From: Escherichia coli
Lineage (GTDB): Bacteria; Pseudomonadota; Gammaproteobacteria; Enterobacterales; Enterobacteriaceae
NCBI RefSeq assembly: GCF_003334815.1
Contig: NZ_QOWO01000016.1
Direction: 5' to 3' (one strand)
DNA: 64,000 nt
The notes under the pieces are model-generated. The model did not search any database, had not been told where the DNA came from, and saw only the letters and a program-made list of their open reading frames with translations. Both the position numbers and the translations under genes were made by a program. Below are positions 1 through 8,797 of the stretch, in pieces. Positions within the stretch are counted from its first letter, which is position 1. Each line of letters opens with the position of its first letter.

Positions 1-1060
1 GCTTACCGGGATGGGGGCGCGACGTCAGCCACTGATGTGGGCTATCACTACCGCCGGGTACAACATTGAGGGGCCGTGCTACGACAAACGGCGGGAAGTC
101 ATCGAGATGCTCAACGGCTCGGTGCCTAACGATGAACTGTTCGGGATCATCTATACCGTTGATGAAGGTGACGACTGGACCGACCCGCAGGTGCTGGAAA
201 AAGCCAATCCAAATATTGGCGTGTCGGTTTATCGCGAATTTTTGTTAAGTCAGCAGCAGCGTGCGAAAAATAACGCCCGTCTGGCAAACGTCTTTAAAAC
301 AAAACACCTCAATATCTGGGTGTCGGCGCGTTCGGCGTATTTCAACCTGGTGAGCTGGCAGAGCTGCGAGGATAAATCACTGACCCTTGAGCAGTTCGAG
401 GGGCAGCCGTGCATTCTGGCCTTTGACCTGGCGCGTAAGCTGGATATGAACAGCATGGCGCGACTTTATACCCGCGAGATTGACGGTAAAACGCATTACT
501 ACAGTGTGGCCCCGCGTTTCTGGGTACCGTATGACACGGTGTACAGCGTCGAGAAAAATGAAGATCGACGGACAGCCGAACGCTTTCAGAAATGGGTGGA
601 AATGGGCGTTCTGACCGTTACCGATGGTGCGGAGGTGGATTATCGCTACATCCTCGAGGAGGCCAAAGCGGCGAACAAAATCAGCCCGGTCAGTGAGTCA
701 CCCATCGACCCCTTCGGGGCGACCGGGTTGTCACATGACCTTGCTGATGAAGACCTGAACCCCATCACTATCATTCAGAACTACACCAACATGTCCGACC
801 CGATGAAAGAGCTGGAAGCGGCAATTGAATCGGGGCGCTTTCATCATGATGGCAATCCCATCATGACCTGGTGTATCGGCAACGTGGTCGGCAAAACCAT
901 TCCGGGTAACGATGATGTGGTGAAGCCCGTCAAAGAGCAGGCGGAAAACAAAATCGATGGTGCAGTTGCGCTGATTATGGCGGTTGGCAGAGCCATGCTG
1001 TACGAGAAAGAAGACACGCTGTCTGACCACATTGAGTCCTATGGGATCCGCTCGCTTTAA
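1..1060 (+). CDS. phage terminase large subunit, C-terminal part (5' end lies left of the window)
   Basis: Frame of ORF 11..1060 stays open to the window edge. It sits directly upstream of a portal/protease/capsid block. Sequence looks like Terminase_1-type large subunits (recollection). Confidence 0.8.
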   Translation, partial: LTGMGARRQPLMWAITTAGYNIEGPCYDKRREVIEMLNGSVPNDELFGIIYTVDEGDDWTDPQVLEKANPNIGVSVYREFLLSQQQRAKNNARLANVFKTKHLNIWVSARSAYFNLVSWQSCEDKSLTLEQFEGQPCILAFDLARKLDMNSMARLYTREIDGKTHYYSVAPRFWVPYDTVYSVEKNEDRRTAERFQKWVEMGVLTVTDGAEVDYRYILEEAKAANKISPVSESPIDPFGATGLSHDLADEDLNPITIIQNYTNMSDPMKELEAAIESGRFHHDGNPIMTWCIGNVVGKTIPGNDDVVKPVKEQAENKIDGAVALIMAVGRAMLYEKEDTLSDHIESYGIRSL

Positions 1061-1071
1061 CTGAGGTAATT

Positions 1072-1254
1072 ATGATCATGCTGATTCTCGCGCCTCTGGT
1101 GGGCGTGCTGGGGGCGCTTTTGCTGGCGTATGGTGCCTGGCTGATTTATCCCCCGGCGGGGTTTGTTGTTGCCGGGGCGTTGTGTCTGTTCTGGTCGTGG
1201 CTGGTGGCGCGATATCTCGACCGTACACAGCCGTCTTTCGGCGGAGGTAAATAG
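1072..1254 (+). CDS. small hydrophobic phage protein (two predicted TM helices), unknown function
   Basis: 60-aa ORF tightly packed between terminase stop and portal start (stop overlaps the portal ATG). Sequence is almost entirely hydrophobic ([23 protein letters not shown] / [16 protein letters not shown]). Confidence 0.5.
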   Translation: MIMLILAPLVGVLGALLLAYGAWLIYPPAGFVVAGALCLFWSWLVARYLDRTQPSFGGGK

Positions 1255-2495
1255 TGTTCTTTTCGGGATTATTTCAACGAAAAAGTGACGCACCGATGAC
1301 CACGCCAGCAGAGCTGGCGGAGGCTATCGGGCTATCATATGACACCTATACCGGAAAGCAGATCAGCAGCCAGCGGGCCATGCGACTGACGGCGGTTTTT
1401 TCCTGCGTCAGGGTGCTGGCAGAGTCGGTCGGGATGTTGCCCTGCAATCTGTATCACCTGAACGGCAGCCTGAAACAGAGAGCCACCGGCGAACGTCTGC
1501 ATAAGCTGATCTCCACGCATCCCAATGGCTATATGACGCCGCAGGAGTTCTGGGAGCTGGTGGTCACCTGTCTGTGCCTGAGGGGAAACTTTTACGCCTA
1601 CAAAGTGAAAGCATTTGGCGAAGTGGCTGAACTGCTGCCCGTCGATCCCGGTTGTGTGGTACCGAAGCTTAACAGTAGCTGGGAGCCGGTCTATCAGGTC
1701 ACATTCCCGGACGGCTCCACGGATGTGCTGAGCCAGGAGGATATCTGGCATGTGCGCACGCTGACGCTGGACGGACTGGTGGGGCTGAATCCCGTCGCCT
1801 ATGCCCGCGAGGCAATATCGCTGGCGGCAGCGACTGAAGAGCACGGGGCCAGACTGTTCAGCAATGGTGCGGTGACGTCGGGTGTGTTGCGTACAGAGCA
1901 GACGCTGTCAGATCAGGCTTATGAGCGCCTGAAGAAAGATTTTGAGGAGCGTCACACCGGGCTTGGCAATGCTCACCGCCCGATGATCCTTGAGATGGGG
2001 CTGGACTGGAAGTCGATGGCGCTGAACGCCGAGGACAGCCAGTTCCTGGAAACCCGCAAGTTTCAGCTTGAAGAAATCTGTCGTCTGTTCCGGGTACCGT
2101 TGCACATGGTGCAGAACACCGATCGCGCCACCTTCAACAATATCGAAGAACTGGGGCTCGGATTTATCAACTATTCACTGGTGCCGTATCTGACCCGCAT
2201 CGAACAGCGGATCAACACCGGACTGGTACGAAAAAGTAAGCAGGGCGTTTATTACGCCAAATTTAACGCCGGGGCGTTACTGCGCGGGGATATGAAGTCC
2301 CGTTTTGAAGCCTACGCCACCGGGATTAACTGGGGAATTTACTCTCCCAATGACTGCCGCGACCTGGAAGATATGAATCCGCGTCCCGGTGGGGATGTCT
2401 ATCTCACACCGATGAACATGACCACGAAACCCTCCGATGGCAGTAAAGCCGGTAAGCAGAAGGATAACGCCAATGCAGACGAAACAACGTCTTGA
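1254..2495 (+). CDS. phage portal protein (HK97 family-like)
   Basis: 413-aa ORF between terminase and prohead protease. Size, position and motifs (e.g. ...EEICRLFRVPLHMV...) are typical of HK97-type portals. Confidence 0.88.
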   Translation: MFFSGLFQRKSDAPMTTPAELAEAIGLSYDTYTGKQISSQRAMRLTAVFSCVRVLAESVGMLPCNLYHLNGSLKQRATGERLHKLISTHPNGYMTPQEFWELVVTCLCLRGNFYAYKVKAFGEVAELLPVDPGCVVPKLNSSWEPVYQVTFPDGSTDVLSQEDIWHVRTLTLDGLVGLNPVAYAREAISLAAATEEHGARLFSNGAVTSGVLRTEQTLSDQAYERLKKDFEERHTGLGNAHRPMILEMGLDWKSMALNAEDSQFLETRKFQLEEICRLFRVPLHMVQNTDRATFNNIEELGLGFINYSLVPYLTRIEQRINTGLVRKSKQGVYYAKFNAGALLRGDMKSRFEAYATGINWGIYSPNDCRDLEDMNPRPGGDVYLTPMNMTTKPSDGSKAGKQKDNANADETTS

Positions 2496-3123
2496 TGTAC
2501 CGCTGAGTCTGAAATCTGTCAGTGACTCCGGTGAGTTTGAAGGGTATGGCTCCGTCTTTGGTGTAAAGGACAGCCACGATGATGTGGTGATGTCCGGGGC
2601 ATTTGCTGCTTCCCTGCGGGCGTGGAGTGACAGAAAAGCGTTACCTGCGCTGCTCTGGCAGCACCGCATGGATGAGCCCATCGGTGTTTACACCGAAATG
2701 AAGGAAGACGATGTCGGGCTTTACGTCAGGGGGCGGTTGCTCATTGATGATGATCCCCTGGCAAAACGCGCACATGCACACATGAAGGCCGGTTCGTTAA
2801 CCGGCCTTTCTATTGGGTACGTCCTGAAGGACTGGGAATACGACCGGACGAAAGAAGCCTTTCTGCTGAAAGAAATCGACCTCTGGGAAGTCAGTCTGGT
2901 GACGTTTCCGTCTAACGACGAGGCGCGGATCAGCGACGTCAAGAACGCGCTGGCCCGCGGGGAAATCCCCGAACAGAAAAAAATCGAAAGAGTCCTGCGT
3001 GATGTCGGACTCTCCCGTACCCAGGCCAAAGCATTCATGGCCGGGGGCTATAGCGCACTGTCCCTGCGCGACGCTGAGGATGTGGGCTCTGCACTGAATG
3101 CACTGAAAAATCTGAACTTCTAA
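2473..3123 (+). CDS. prohead maturation protease (HK97 family-like)
   Basis: ORF 2437..3123. The internal ATG at 2473 (MQTKQRLDVPL...) has AAGGA 8-9 nt upstream, so I prefer it. The GEFEGYGSVFGVKDSHDDVVMSGAF motif is typical of HK97 prohead proteases. Located between portal and capsid. Confidence 0.82.
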   Translation: MQTKQRLDVPLSLKSVSDSGEFEGYGSVFGVKDSHDDVVMSGAFAASLRAWSDRKALPALLWQHRMDEPIGVYTEMKEDDVGLYVRGRLLIDDDPLAKRAHAHMKAGSLTGLSIGYVLKDWEYDRTKEAFLLKEIDLWEVSLVTFPSNDEARISDVKNALARGEIPEQKKIERVLRDVGLSRTQAKAFMAGGYSALSLRDAEDVGSALNALKNLNF

Positions 3124-3137
3124 TCAGGAGAAATACG

Positions 3138-4343
3138 ATGGCGGTAGATATTAAAGATGTCGAACAGGTCGCGCAGGAGCTGCAGCAGAAGTTTGACGAC
3201 TTCAAAGCAAAGAACGACAAGCGCGTGGATGCGATTGAGCAGGAAAAAGGCAAGCTTGCCGGGCAGGTGGAAACCCTGAACGGGAAACTCAGCGAGCTGG
3301 AAAATCTCAAAAGCGATCTTGAAAAAGAGCTGCTTGAGCTGAAACGTCCGGCAGGTGGCGCGCAAAATAAACTGGCCACCGAGCATAAAGAAGCGTTTGT
3401 GGGCTTTTTGCGTAAAGGCCGTGAAGATGGTCTGCGCGATCTGGAGCGTAAGGCATTGCAGGTGGGCACCGATGAAGACGGTGGCTATGCCGTGCCGGAA
3501 GCGCTGGATCGCAACATTCTCACCCTGCTGAAAGATGAAGTGGTGATGCGCCAGGAAGCCACGGTGATCACCGTTGGCGGTTCCGACTACAAAAAACTGG
3601 TGAATCTGGGCGGCACGGCTTCCGGATGGGTGGGGGAAACGGATACGCGATCCCAGACTGCCACCTCCAGACTGGAGCTGATTGAACCTCTCATGGGGGA
3701 AATCTACGGCAACCCGCAGGCCACCCAGAAAATGCTGGACGATGCCTTCTTCAACGTGGAGGCCTGGATCAACAGCGAGCTGGCAACCGAATTTGCCGAA
3801 CAGGAAGAAATTGCCTTTACCTCAGGCGATGGCACCAAGAAGCCGAAAGGGTTCCTGGCGTATGAATCCACGGATGAAACCGATAAGGTCCGGGCGTTCG
3901 GCAAACTTCAGCATATTGTATCCGGCGAAGCGACTGCGGTGACCGCAGACGCCATTATCAAACTGATTTACACGCTGCGTAAGGCACACCGCACTGGCGC
4001 GAAGTTCATGATGAACAACAACAGCCTGTTTGCCATCCGTCTGCTGAAAGACACCGAGGGTAACTATCTGTGGCGTCCGGGGCTGGAACTGGGGCAGCCG
4101 TCCTCTCTGGCGGGTTACGGTATCGCTGAAAACGAACAGATGCCGGATATCGCCGCTGATGCGAAAGCCATTGCATTTGGTAACTTCAAACGGGGTTACA
4201 CCATCGTTGACCGTATCGGCACCCGCATTCTGCGTGACCCGTACACCAATAAACCGTTTGTCGGTTTTTATACCACCAAGCGCACCGGCGGGATGCTGGT
4301 CGATTCGCAGGCCATCAAACTGCTGAAGATTGCAGCGGCGTAA
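3138..4343 (+). CDS. major capsid protein (HK97 family-like) with N-terminal coiled-coil delta domain
   Basis: 401-aa ORF after the protease. The first ~100 aa are charged and coiled-coil-like, as in an HK97 scaffold/delta domain. GAGAAA SD-like sequence before the ATG. Confidence 0.9.
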   Translation: MAVDIKDVEQVAQELQQKFDDFKAKNDKRVDAIEQEKGKLAGQVETLNGKLSELENLKSDLEKELLELKRPAGGAQNKLATEHKEAFVGFLRKGREDGLRDLERKALQVGTDEDGGYAVPEALDRNILTLLKDEVVMRQEATVITVGGSDYKKLVNLGGTASGWVGETDTRSQTATSRLELIEPLMGEIYGNPQATQKMLDDAFFNVEAWINSELATEFAEQEEIAFTSGDGTKKPKGFLAYESTDETDKVRAFGKLQHIVSGEATAVTADAIIKLIYTLRKAHRTGAKFMMNNNSLFAIRLLKDTEGNYLWRPGLELGQPSSLAGYGIAENEQMPDIAADAKAIAFGNFKRGYTIVDRIGTRILRDPYTNKPFVGFYTTKRTGGMLVDSQAIKLLKIAAA

Positions 4344-4350
4344 TCATTCA

Positions 4351-4370
4351 GGGGCGCGGAACCGCGCCCC
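4351..4370 (+). terminator. GC-rich stem-loop just after the capsid gene (possible partial terminator or RNA stabiliser)
   Basis: GGGGCGCGG-AA-CCGCGCCCC is a perfect 9-bp stem 8 nt after the capsid stop. The downstream T-run is weak (CTGTTCTG). Confidence 0.35.
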
Positions 4371-4392
4371 CTGTTCTGACGGGTGAAGAATC

Positions 4393-4593
4393 ATGATCCT
4401 GAAACAAGATCTGAAATGGTCACCGGACGGTATGCGTGTTGAGGTCATTCGGGCCGGTGAGTATGACGACGGAGCGCTTCCTGCCCGGGTGCAGGAGATT
4501 GCACTTCAGGCCGGGTTAGCTGAGCGCGGAACCAGTGCAAAAAGCAGTAAAGCGGCAAAAGAGAAAAAAGCCACGACCAGTAAAGAGAGCTGA
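4393..4593 (+). CDS. hypothetical head-module protein (66 aa, Lys/Ser-rich C-terminal tail)
   Basis: ORF in the operon frame series between capsid and head-tail connector. I recognise no family. Confidence 0.5.
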   Translation: MILKQDLKWSPDGMRVEVIRAGEYDDGALPARVQEIALQAGLAERGTSAKSSKAAKEKKATTSKES

Positions 4594-4595
4594 GT

Positions 4596-4919
4596 ATGCT
4601 TCTGACAATGGAAGAGATTAAAGCCCAACTCCGGCTGGATGAGGATTTCGATGCTGATGACCGCCATCTGCAACTGCTGGCCTGTGCGGCGCAAAAGCGG
4701 ACGGAAACGTATCTGAACCGGAAGCTCTATGCACCGGATGAATCCATTCCGGACAGCGATCCGGACGGACTGCACCTGCCGGATGATATTCGTCTGGGGA
4801 TGCTGATGCTTATCAGCCATTTTTACGAAAACCGCTCGTCGGTTACGGAAGTGGAGAAACTCGACATGCCGCAGAGTTTTGGCTGGCTTGTCGGCCCGTA
4901 CAGGTACTTTCCGCAATGA
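4596..4919 (+). CDS. head-tail connector protein (gp6-like, Phage_connect_1-type)
   Basis: 107 aa. The N-terminus MEEIKAQLRLDEDFDADDRHLQLLACAAQKRTETYLNRKL fits the QLRID..D..L...I.AA..E.Y pattern of this family. Stop overlaps the next start. Confidence 0.72.
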   Translation: MLLTMEEIKAQLRLDEDFDADDRHLQLLACAAQKRTETYLNRKLYAPDESIPDSDPDGLHLPDDIRLGMLMLISHFYENRSSVTEVEKLDMPQSFGWLVGPYRYFPQ

Positions 4920-5326
4920 AAATTCGTCAGGCGCAGACCAGCGCAACCTACATTCTGCCGGACCCCGGTGAACTGAATAAACGCGTCCTGATCCGCCTGC
5001 GGGTGGATATGCCCGCGGATAACTTTGGCGTGGAGCCTCAATACCCGGTTACGTTCCGGACATGGGCGAAGGTTATCCAGACCAGTGCCACCACCTGGCA
5101 GGAAACCGCGCAGACAGGGGACGCCATCACCCATTACATCACCATTCGTTATCGCCGGGGGATCACCGCTGATTATGAGGTGGTCTGCGGTGACAGTGTG
5201 TACCGGGTGAAACGTCAGCGCGATCTGAACGGGGCGCGGCGCTTTCTGCTGCTGGAGTGTACGGAGCTGGGCGAATTTACGCAGAGTCACGGAGGCAGCA
5301 ATGGCGACTCCCTTTTTTCACGTTGA
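4916..5326 (+). CDS. head closure / head-tail adaptor protein
   Basis: 136-aa ORF with ATGA overlap to the upstream gene. Position and size fit SPP1 gp16/HK97 gp9-like head-tail joining proteins. Confidence 0.6.
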   Translation: MKIRQAQTSATYILPDPGELNKRVLIRLRVDMPADNFGVEPQYPVTFRTWAKVIQTSATTWQETAQTGDAITHYITIRYRRGITADYEVVCGDSVYRVKRQRDLNGARRFLLLECTELGEFTQSHGGSNGDSLFSR

Positions 5327-5798
5327 TGTTCAGCAGCCCGCGGAGATGCGCTTTAACCGCGCCCGTGTCCGGCGGGCGTTTGTCACGATTGGGCAGCGTC
5401 ATATGCGTGATGCCCGTCGGCTGGTGATGCGCCGTGCGCGGTCGGCACCAGGTGAAAACCCCGGTTATCAGACTGGACGCCTGGCTCGTTCGATTGGTTA
5501 CATGGTGCCGGGAGCCAGTAAAAAGCGAGCCGGTTTTATGACACGCATTGCCCCTAACCAGCGCAACGGGAGGGGGAACCGGATGATCTCTGGTGACTTC
5601 TATCCGGCGTTTCTGTTTTTTGGTGTCCGGGGAGGAGCAAAACGTCGTCGCAGTCATCATCGTGGTGCATCCGGTGGCAGCGGCTGGCGACTGGCTCCAC
5701 GTAATAACTTCATGGTGGAAACGCTTGAAAAGAACCGCAGCTGGACACGCTATTTTCTGGCGCGGGAATTGCGTAAATCACTGAAGCCGGAGCGATGA
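5301..5798 (+). CDS. HK97 gp10-like neck/tail-attachment protein
   Basis: 165-aa Arg-rich ORF. The ...NPGYQTGRLARSIGY... motif resembles the HK97 gp10 family TG.L..SI motif. Position is after the head closure gene. Confidence 0.5.
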   Translation: MATPFFHVDVQQPAEMRFNRARVRRAFVTIGQRHMRDARRLVMRRARSAPGENPGYQTGRLARSIGYMVPGASKKRAGFMTRIAPNQRNGRGNRMISGDFYPAFLFFGVRGGAKRRRSHHRGASGGSGWRLAPRNNFMVETLEKNRSWTRYFLARELRKSLKPER

Positions 5799-6364
5799 CG
5801 CAGATGAAACTGACGCCTGTTATTGCTGCGCTGCGTGCCCGCTGCCCGTATTTTGAAAACCGGGTGGCAGGTGCGGCACAGTTCAAAAATCTGCCGGAGG
5901 TCGGAAAGCTGAAACTCCCGGCGGCGTATGTGGTACCGGGTGATGACTCTCCTGGAGAAAACAAAAGCCAGACCGACTACTGGCAGGAGCTGAAAGAGGG
6001 CTTCTCCGTGGTTGTCATACTGAGTAACGGGCGTGATGAGCGCGGTCAGTTTGCCTCGTATGATGTGGTGGACGATGTCCGGCAGATGCTCTTTAAGGCC
6101 CTGCTGGGCTGGAACCCGGAAGCGTGCGGTAACCCGATTACCTATGACGGCGGCACGCTGCTGGATCTGAATCGTCATGAGCTGATTTATCAGTTCGATT
6201 TTTCGGTCATCAGCGAGCTGACCGAAGATGATACCCGCCAGCAGGATGATCTGAACAGTCTGGATGAACTGCAAACGCTGGCGATTGATGTTGATTATCT
6301 CGAGCCCGGTAACGGGCCTGACGGCGATATCGAACATCACACCGAAATAACCCTTCCTTCCTGA
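5795..6364 (+). CDS. Mu gp37-like virion protein (neck / tail terminator region)
   Basis: 189-aa ORF with ATGA overlap to the upstream gene, lying just before the sheath gene cluster. Assignment is by position and vague recollection only. Confidence 0.45.
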   Translation: MTQMKLTPVIAALRARCPYFENRVAGAAQFKNLPEVGKLKLPAAYVVPGDDSPGENKSQTDYWQELKEGFSVVVILSNGRDERGQFASYDVVDDVRQMLFKALLGWNPEACGNPITYDGGTLLDLNRHELIYQFDFSVISELTEDDTRQQDDLNSLDELQTLAIDVDYLEPGNGPDGDIEHHTEITLPS

Positions 6365-6372
6365 GGATCCTC

Positions 6373-6543
6373 ATGTTTGTCAAACCTGTTAAAGGGCGGT
6401 CAGTGCCTGACCCTGCCCGCGGCGACCTTTTGCCCGCCGAAGGGCGAAATGTTGACGAGAACAACTACTGGCTGCGCCGTGAAGCAGCGGGTGATATCCG
6501 GCGCGTGAATAAAAAGGTGAACACCGATGACGATAAGCTTTAA
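6373..6543 (+). CDS. small Mu-like protein upstream of sheath (DUF2635-like), not in the supplied ORF track (<60 aa)
   Basis: My translation gives ATG 6373 to TAA 6541-6543, product MFVKPVKGRSVPDPARGDLLPAEGRNVDENNYWLRREAAGDIRRVNKKVNTDDDKL (56 aa). GAGGA SD lies 4 nt upstream. The ORF overlaps the sheath start, and a protein of this type precedes sheath genes in Mu-like tails. Confidence 0.55.
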   Translation: MFVKPVKGRSVPDPARGDLLPAEGRNVDENNYWLRREAAGDIRRVNKKVNTDDDKL

Positions 6544-8023
6544 CTCCATTCCGTCGAATACGCTGGTTCCGCTGTTTTATGCGGAAATGGATAACCAGGC
6601 GGCGAATACTGCACAGGACAGCGGAGCATCGCTGCTGATTGGTCATGCCAGTAACGGTGCAGAGATTGTTGCCAACAGTCTGGTACTGATGCCGTCGGCA
6701 GACTATGCACGCCAGATTTGTGGTGCGGGAAGTCAGCTGGCGCGTATGGTCGAGGCTTATCGCCAGACTGACCCGTTTGGCGAGCTGTATGTGATTGCCG
6801 TTCCTGAATCCACGGGCGCGGCGGCAACGGTTACGCTGACGGTGACCGGGGCGGCAACCGAAACCGGCACGGTGAATGTGTATGTGGGACGTACCCGCGT
6901 GCAGGCACCGGTGACTAACGGCGATAACGTCACGATGATTGCCAGCAGTATCCAGGATGCCATCAATGCCGTTCCGACCCTGCCGTTTACGGCTTCATCT
7001 TCGGCAGGCGTGGTCACACTGACCGCGCGTCATAAGGGGCTTTGCGGGAATGAAATTCCTGTCAGCCTCAATTACTACGGCTTTGGTGGGGGCGAAGTGC
7101 TGCCAGCGGGCGTACAGATTGCCGTGGCGACGGGTACCGCCGGAACGGGTGCTCCGGTTCTCACCGGCGCGGTGGCTGCAATGGCGGATGAGCCGTTTGA
7201 TTATATCGGCCTGCCGTTCAACGACACGGCCTCCGTTAACACGCTGGTGACCGAGATGAACGATACCAGCGGTCGCTGGAGCTATGCGCGTCAGCTGTAT
7301 GGTCATGTGTATACGGCAAAGATCGGCACGCTGTCAGAACTGGTGACCGCAGGTGACCAGTTTAACCAGCAGCACATTACCCTGGCGGGATACGAAAAAG
7401 AGACCCAGACGCCTGCCGACGAGCTGGTGGCAAGCCGTACCGCCCGCGCAGCGGTGTTTATTCGCAACGATCCGGCACGTCCCACGCAGACCGGTGAGCT
7501 GGTGGGTATGCTGCCTGCGCCGAAGGGGAAACGGTTCACGATGACCGAGCAGCAGACCCTGCTGTCTCATGGCGTGGCAACGGCGTATGTCGAAAGCGGG
7601 GTGCTGCGCATTCAGCGTGATGTCACCACGTACAGGAAAAACGCTTACGGTGTTGCGGATAACAGCTACCTCGACAGCGAGACGCTGCATACCAGCGCGT
7701 ATGTGCTGCGCAAACTGAAATCCGTCATTACCAGTAAGTACGGGCGTCACAAGCTTGCCAGCGACGGTACCCGCTTTGGCCCCGGTCAGGCGATTGTCAC
7801 ACCGGCGGTGATCAAAGGGGAACTGCTGGCAACCTACCGTCAGCTTGAGCGTGCGGGGATCGTGGAAAACTACGAACTGTTTAAGCAGTACCTGGTTGTG
7901 GAGCGTGATGCCAGCGATCCGAACCGCCTGAACACGCTGTTCCCGCCTGACTATGTTAACCAGTTGCGTGTCTTTGCCGTGGTTAACCAGTTCCGTCTTC
8001 AGTATTCAGAGGAGTCTGCATAA
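6527..8023 (+). CDS. contractile tail sheath protein (Mu gpL-like)
   Basis: 498-aa ORF followed by tube, chaperone and tape-measure genes in the canonical order for contractile tails. Confidence 0.85.
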   Translation: MTISFNSIPSNTLVPLFYAEMDNQAANTAQDSGASLLIGHASNGAEIVANSLVLMPSADYARQICGAGSQLARMVEAYRQTDPFGELYVIAVPESTGAAATVTLTVTGAATETGTVNVYVGRTRVQAPVTNGDNVTMIASSIQDAINAVPTLPFTASSSAGVVTLTARHKGLCGNEIPVSLNYYGFGGGEVLPAGVQIAVATGTAGTGAPVLTGAVAAMADEPFDYIGLPFNDTASVNTLVTEMNDTSGRWSYARQLYGHVYTAKIGTLSELVTAGDQFNQQHITLAGYEKETQTPADELVASRTARAAVFIRNDPARPTQTGELVGMLPAPKGKRFTMTEQQTLLSHGVATAYVESGVLRIQRDVTTYRKNAYGVADNSYLDSETLHTSAYVLRKLKSVITSKYGRHKLASDGTRFGPGQAIVTPAVIKGELLATYRQLERAGIVENYELFKQYLVVERDASDPNRLNTLFPPDYVNQLRVFAVVNQFRLQYSEESA

Positions 8024-8379
8024 TGGCCCGTATCGGGGGAACCTGTTATTTCAAAATTGACGGTCAGCAGCTATCGCTGACCGGCGGCATTGAGGTGCCC
8101 ATGAACAGGACGGTCAATGATGACATCATCGGCCTGGACGGTTCAGTGGACCGCAAGGAAACTCACCGTGCGCCTTATGTCAAAGGGACCTTCAAGGTGC
8201 CGAAGAATTTTCCGGTGAGCAAAATCACCTCGTCTGATGAGATGACCATCACTGCCGAGCTGGCGAACGGTCAGGTCTATGTACTGTCGTCCGCCTGGCT
8301 GCACGGCGAAGCGAACCATAATGCCGAAGAAGGTACGGTTGATCTTGAGTTCCACGGTGAAGAAGGGGATTACCAGTAA
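8023..8379 (+). CDS. tail tube protein (Mu gpM-like)
   Basis: 118-aa ORF whose start overlaps the sheath stop (TAATG). Canonical position and size. Confidence 0.8.
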   Translation: MARIGGTCYFKIDGQQLSLTGGIEVPMNRTVNDDIIGLDGSVDRKETHRAPYVKGTFKVPKNFPVSKITSSDEMTITAELANGQVYVLSSAWLHGEANHNAEEGTVDLEFHGEEGDYQ

Positions 8380-8648
8380 TGAAAGAGCTTGAGTTAAAGA
8401 AACCGATTACTGCTCATGGCGAGACACTCTCCGTACTGGAGTTTGATGAACCCACCGGGAAGGACGTCCGCGAGCTGGGGTATCCCTACCAGATGAATCA
8501 GGATGAGTCAGTCAGACTTCTGGCGCATGTGGTGTCGAAATACATTGTGCGGCTGGCGAAAGTGCCGCAAAGCTCTGTCGACCAGATGTCTCCGGCAGAC
8601 CTGAATGCAGCGGCGTGGCTTGTGGCCGGTTTTTTCCTCCAGGCCTGA
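8379..8648 (+). CDS. tail assembly chaperone (short, zero-frame product)
   Basis: 89-aa ORF between tube and tape measure. Carries the slippery heptamer T TTT TTC near its 3' end. Confidence 0.75.
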   Translation: MKELELKKPITAHGETLSVLEFDEPTGKDVRELGYPYQMNQDESVRLLAHVVSKYIVRLAKVPQSSVDQMSPADLNAAAWLVAGFFLQA

Positions 8649-8797
8649 CGGCTGAATACCTCACTGATCGCTTCTTTGACTGCGCCAGCTACTGGCGCAT
8701 TAATCCTTTCGAATTGCTGAATATGCCGATCAGTGAAATTCCCTTGCTGGTCAGTCAGGCAAACAGGATAGAGCAGGAGAAACGCACACATGGCTGA
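8379..8797 (+). CDS. tail assembly chaperone, long product made by programmed -1 frameshift at 8630-8636
   Basis: The -1 frame (ORF track 8615..8797) is open from the slippery site to 8797. Predicted fusion is ...AAWLVAGFF/PPGLTAEYLTDRFF...EQEKRTHG, ending 8 nt inside the tape-measure gene. Analogous to lambda G/GT and P2 E/E'. Confidence 0.6.
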
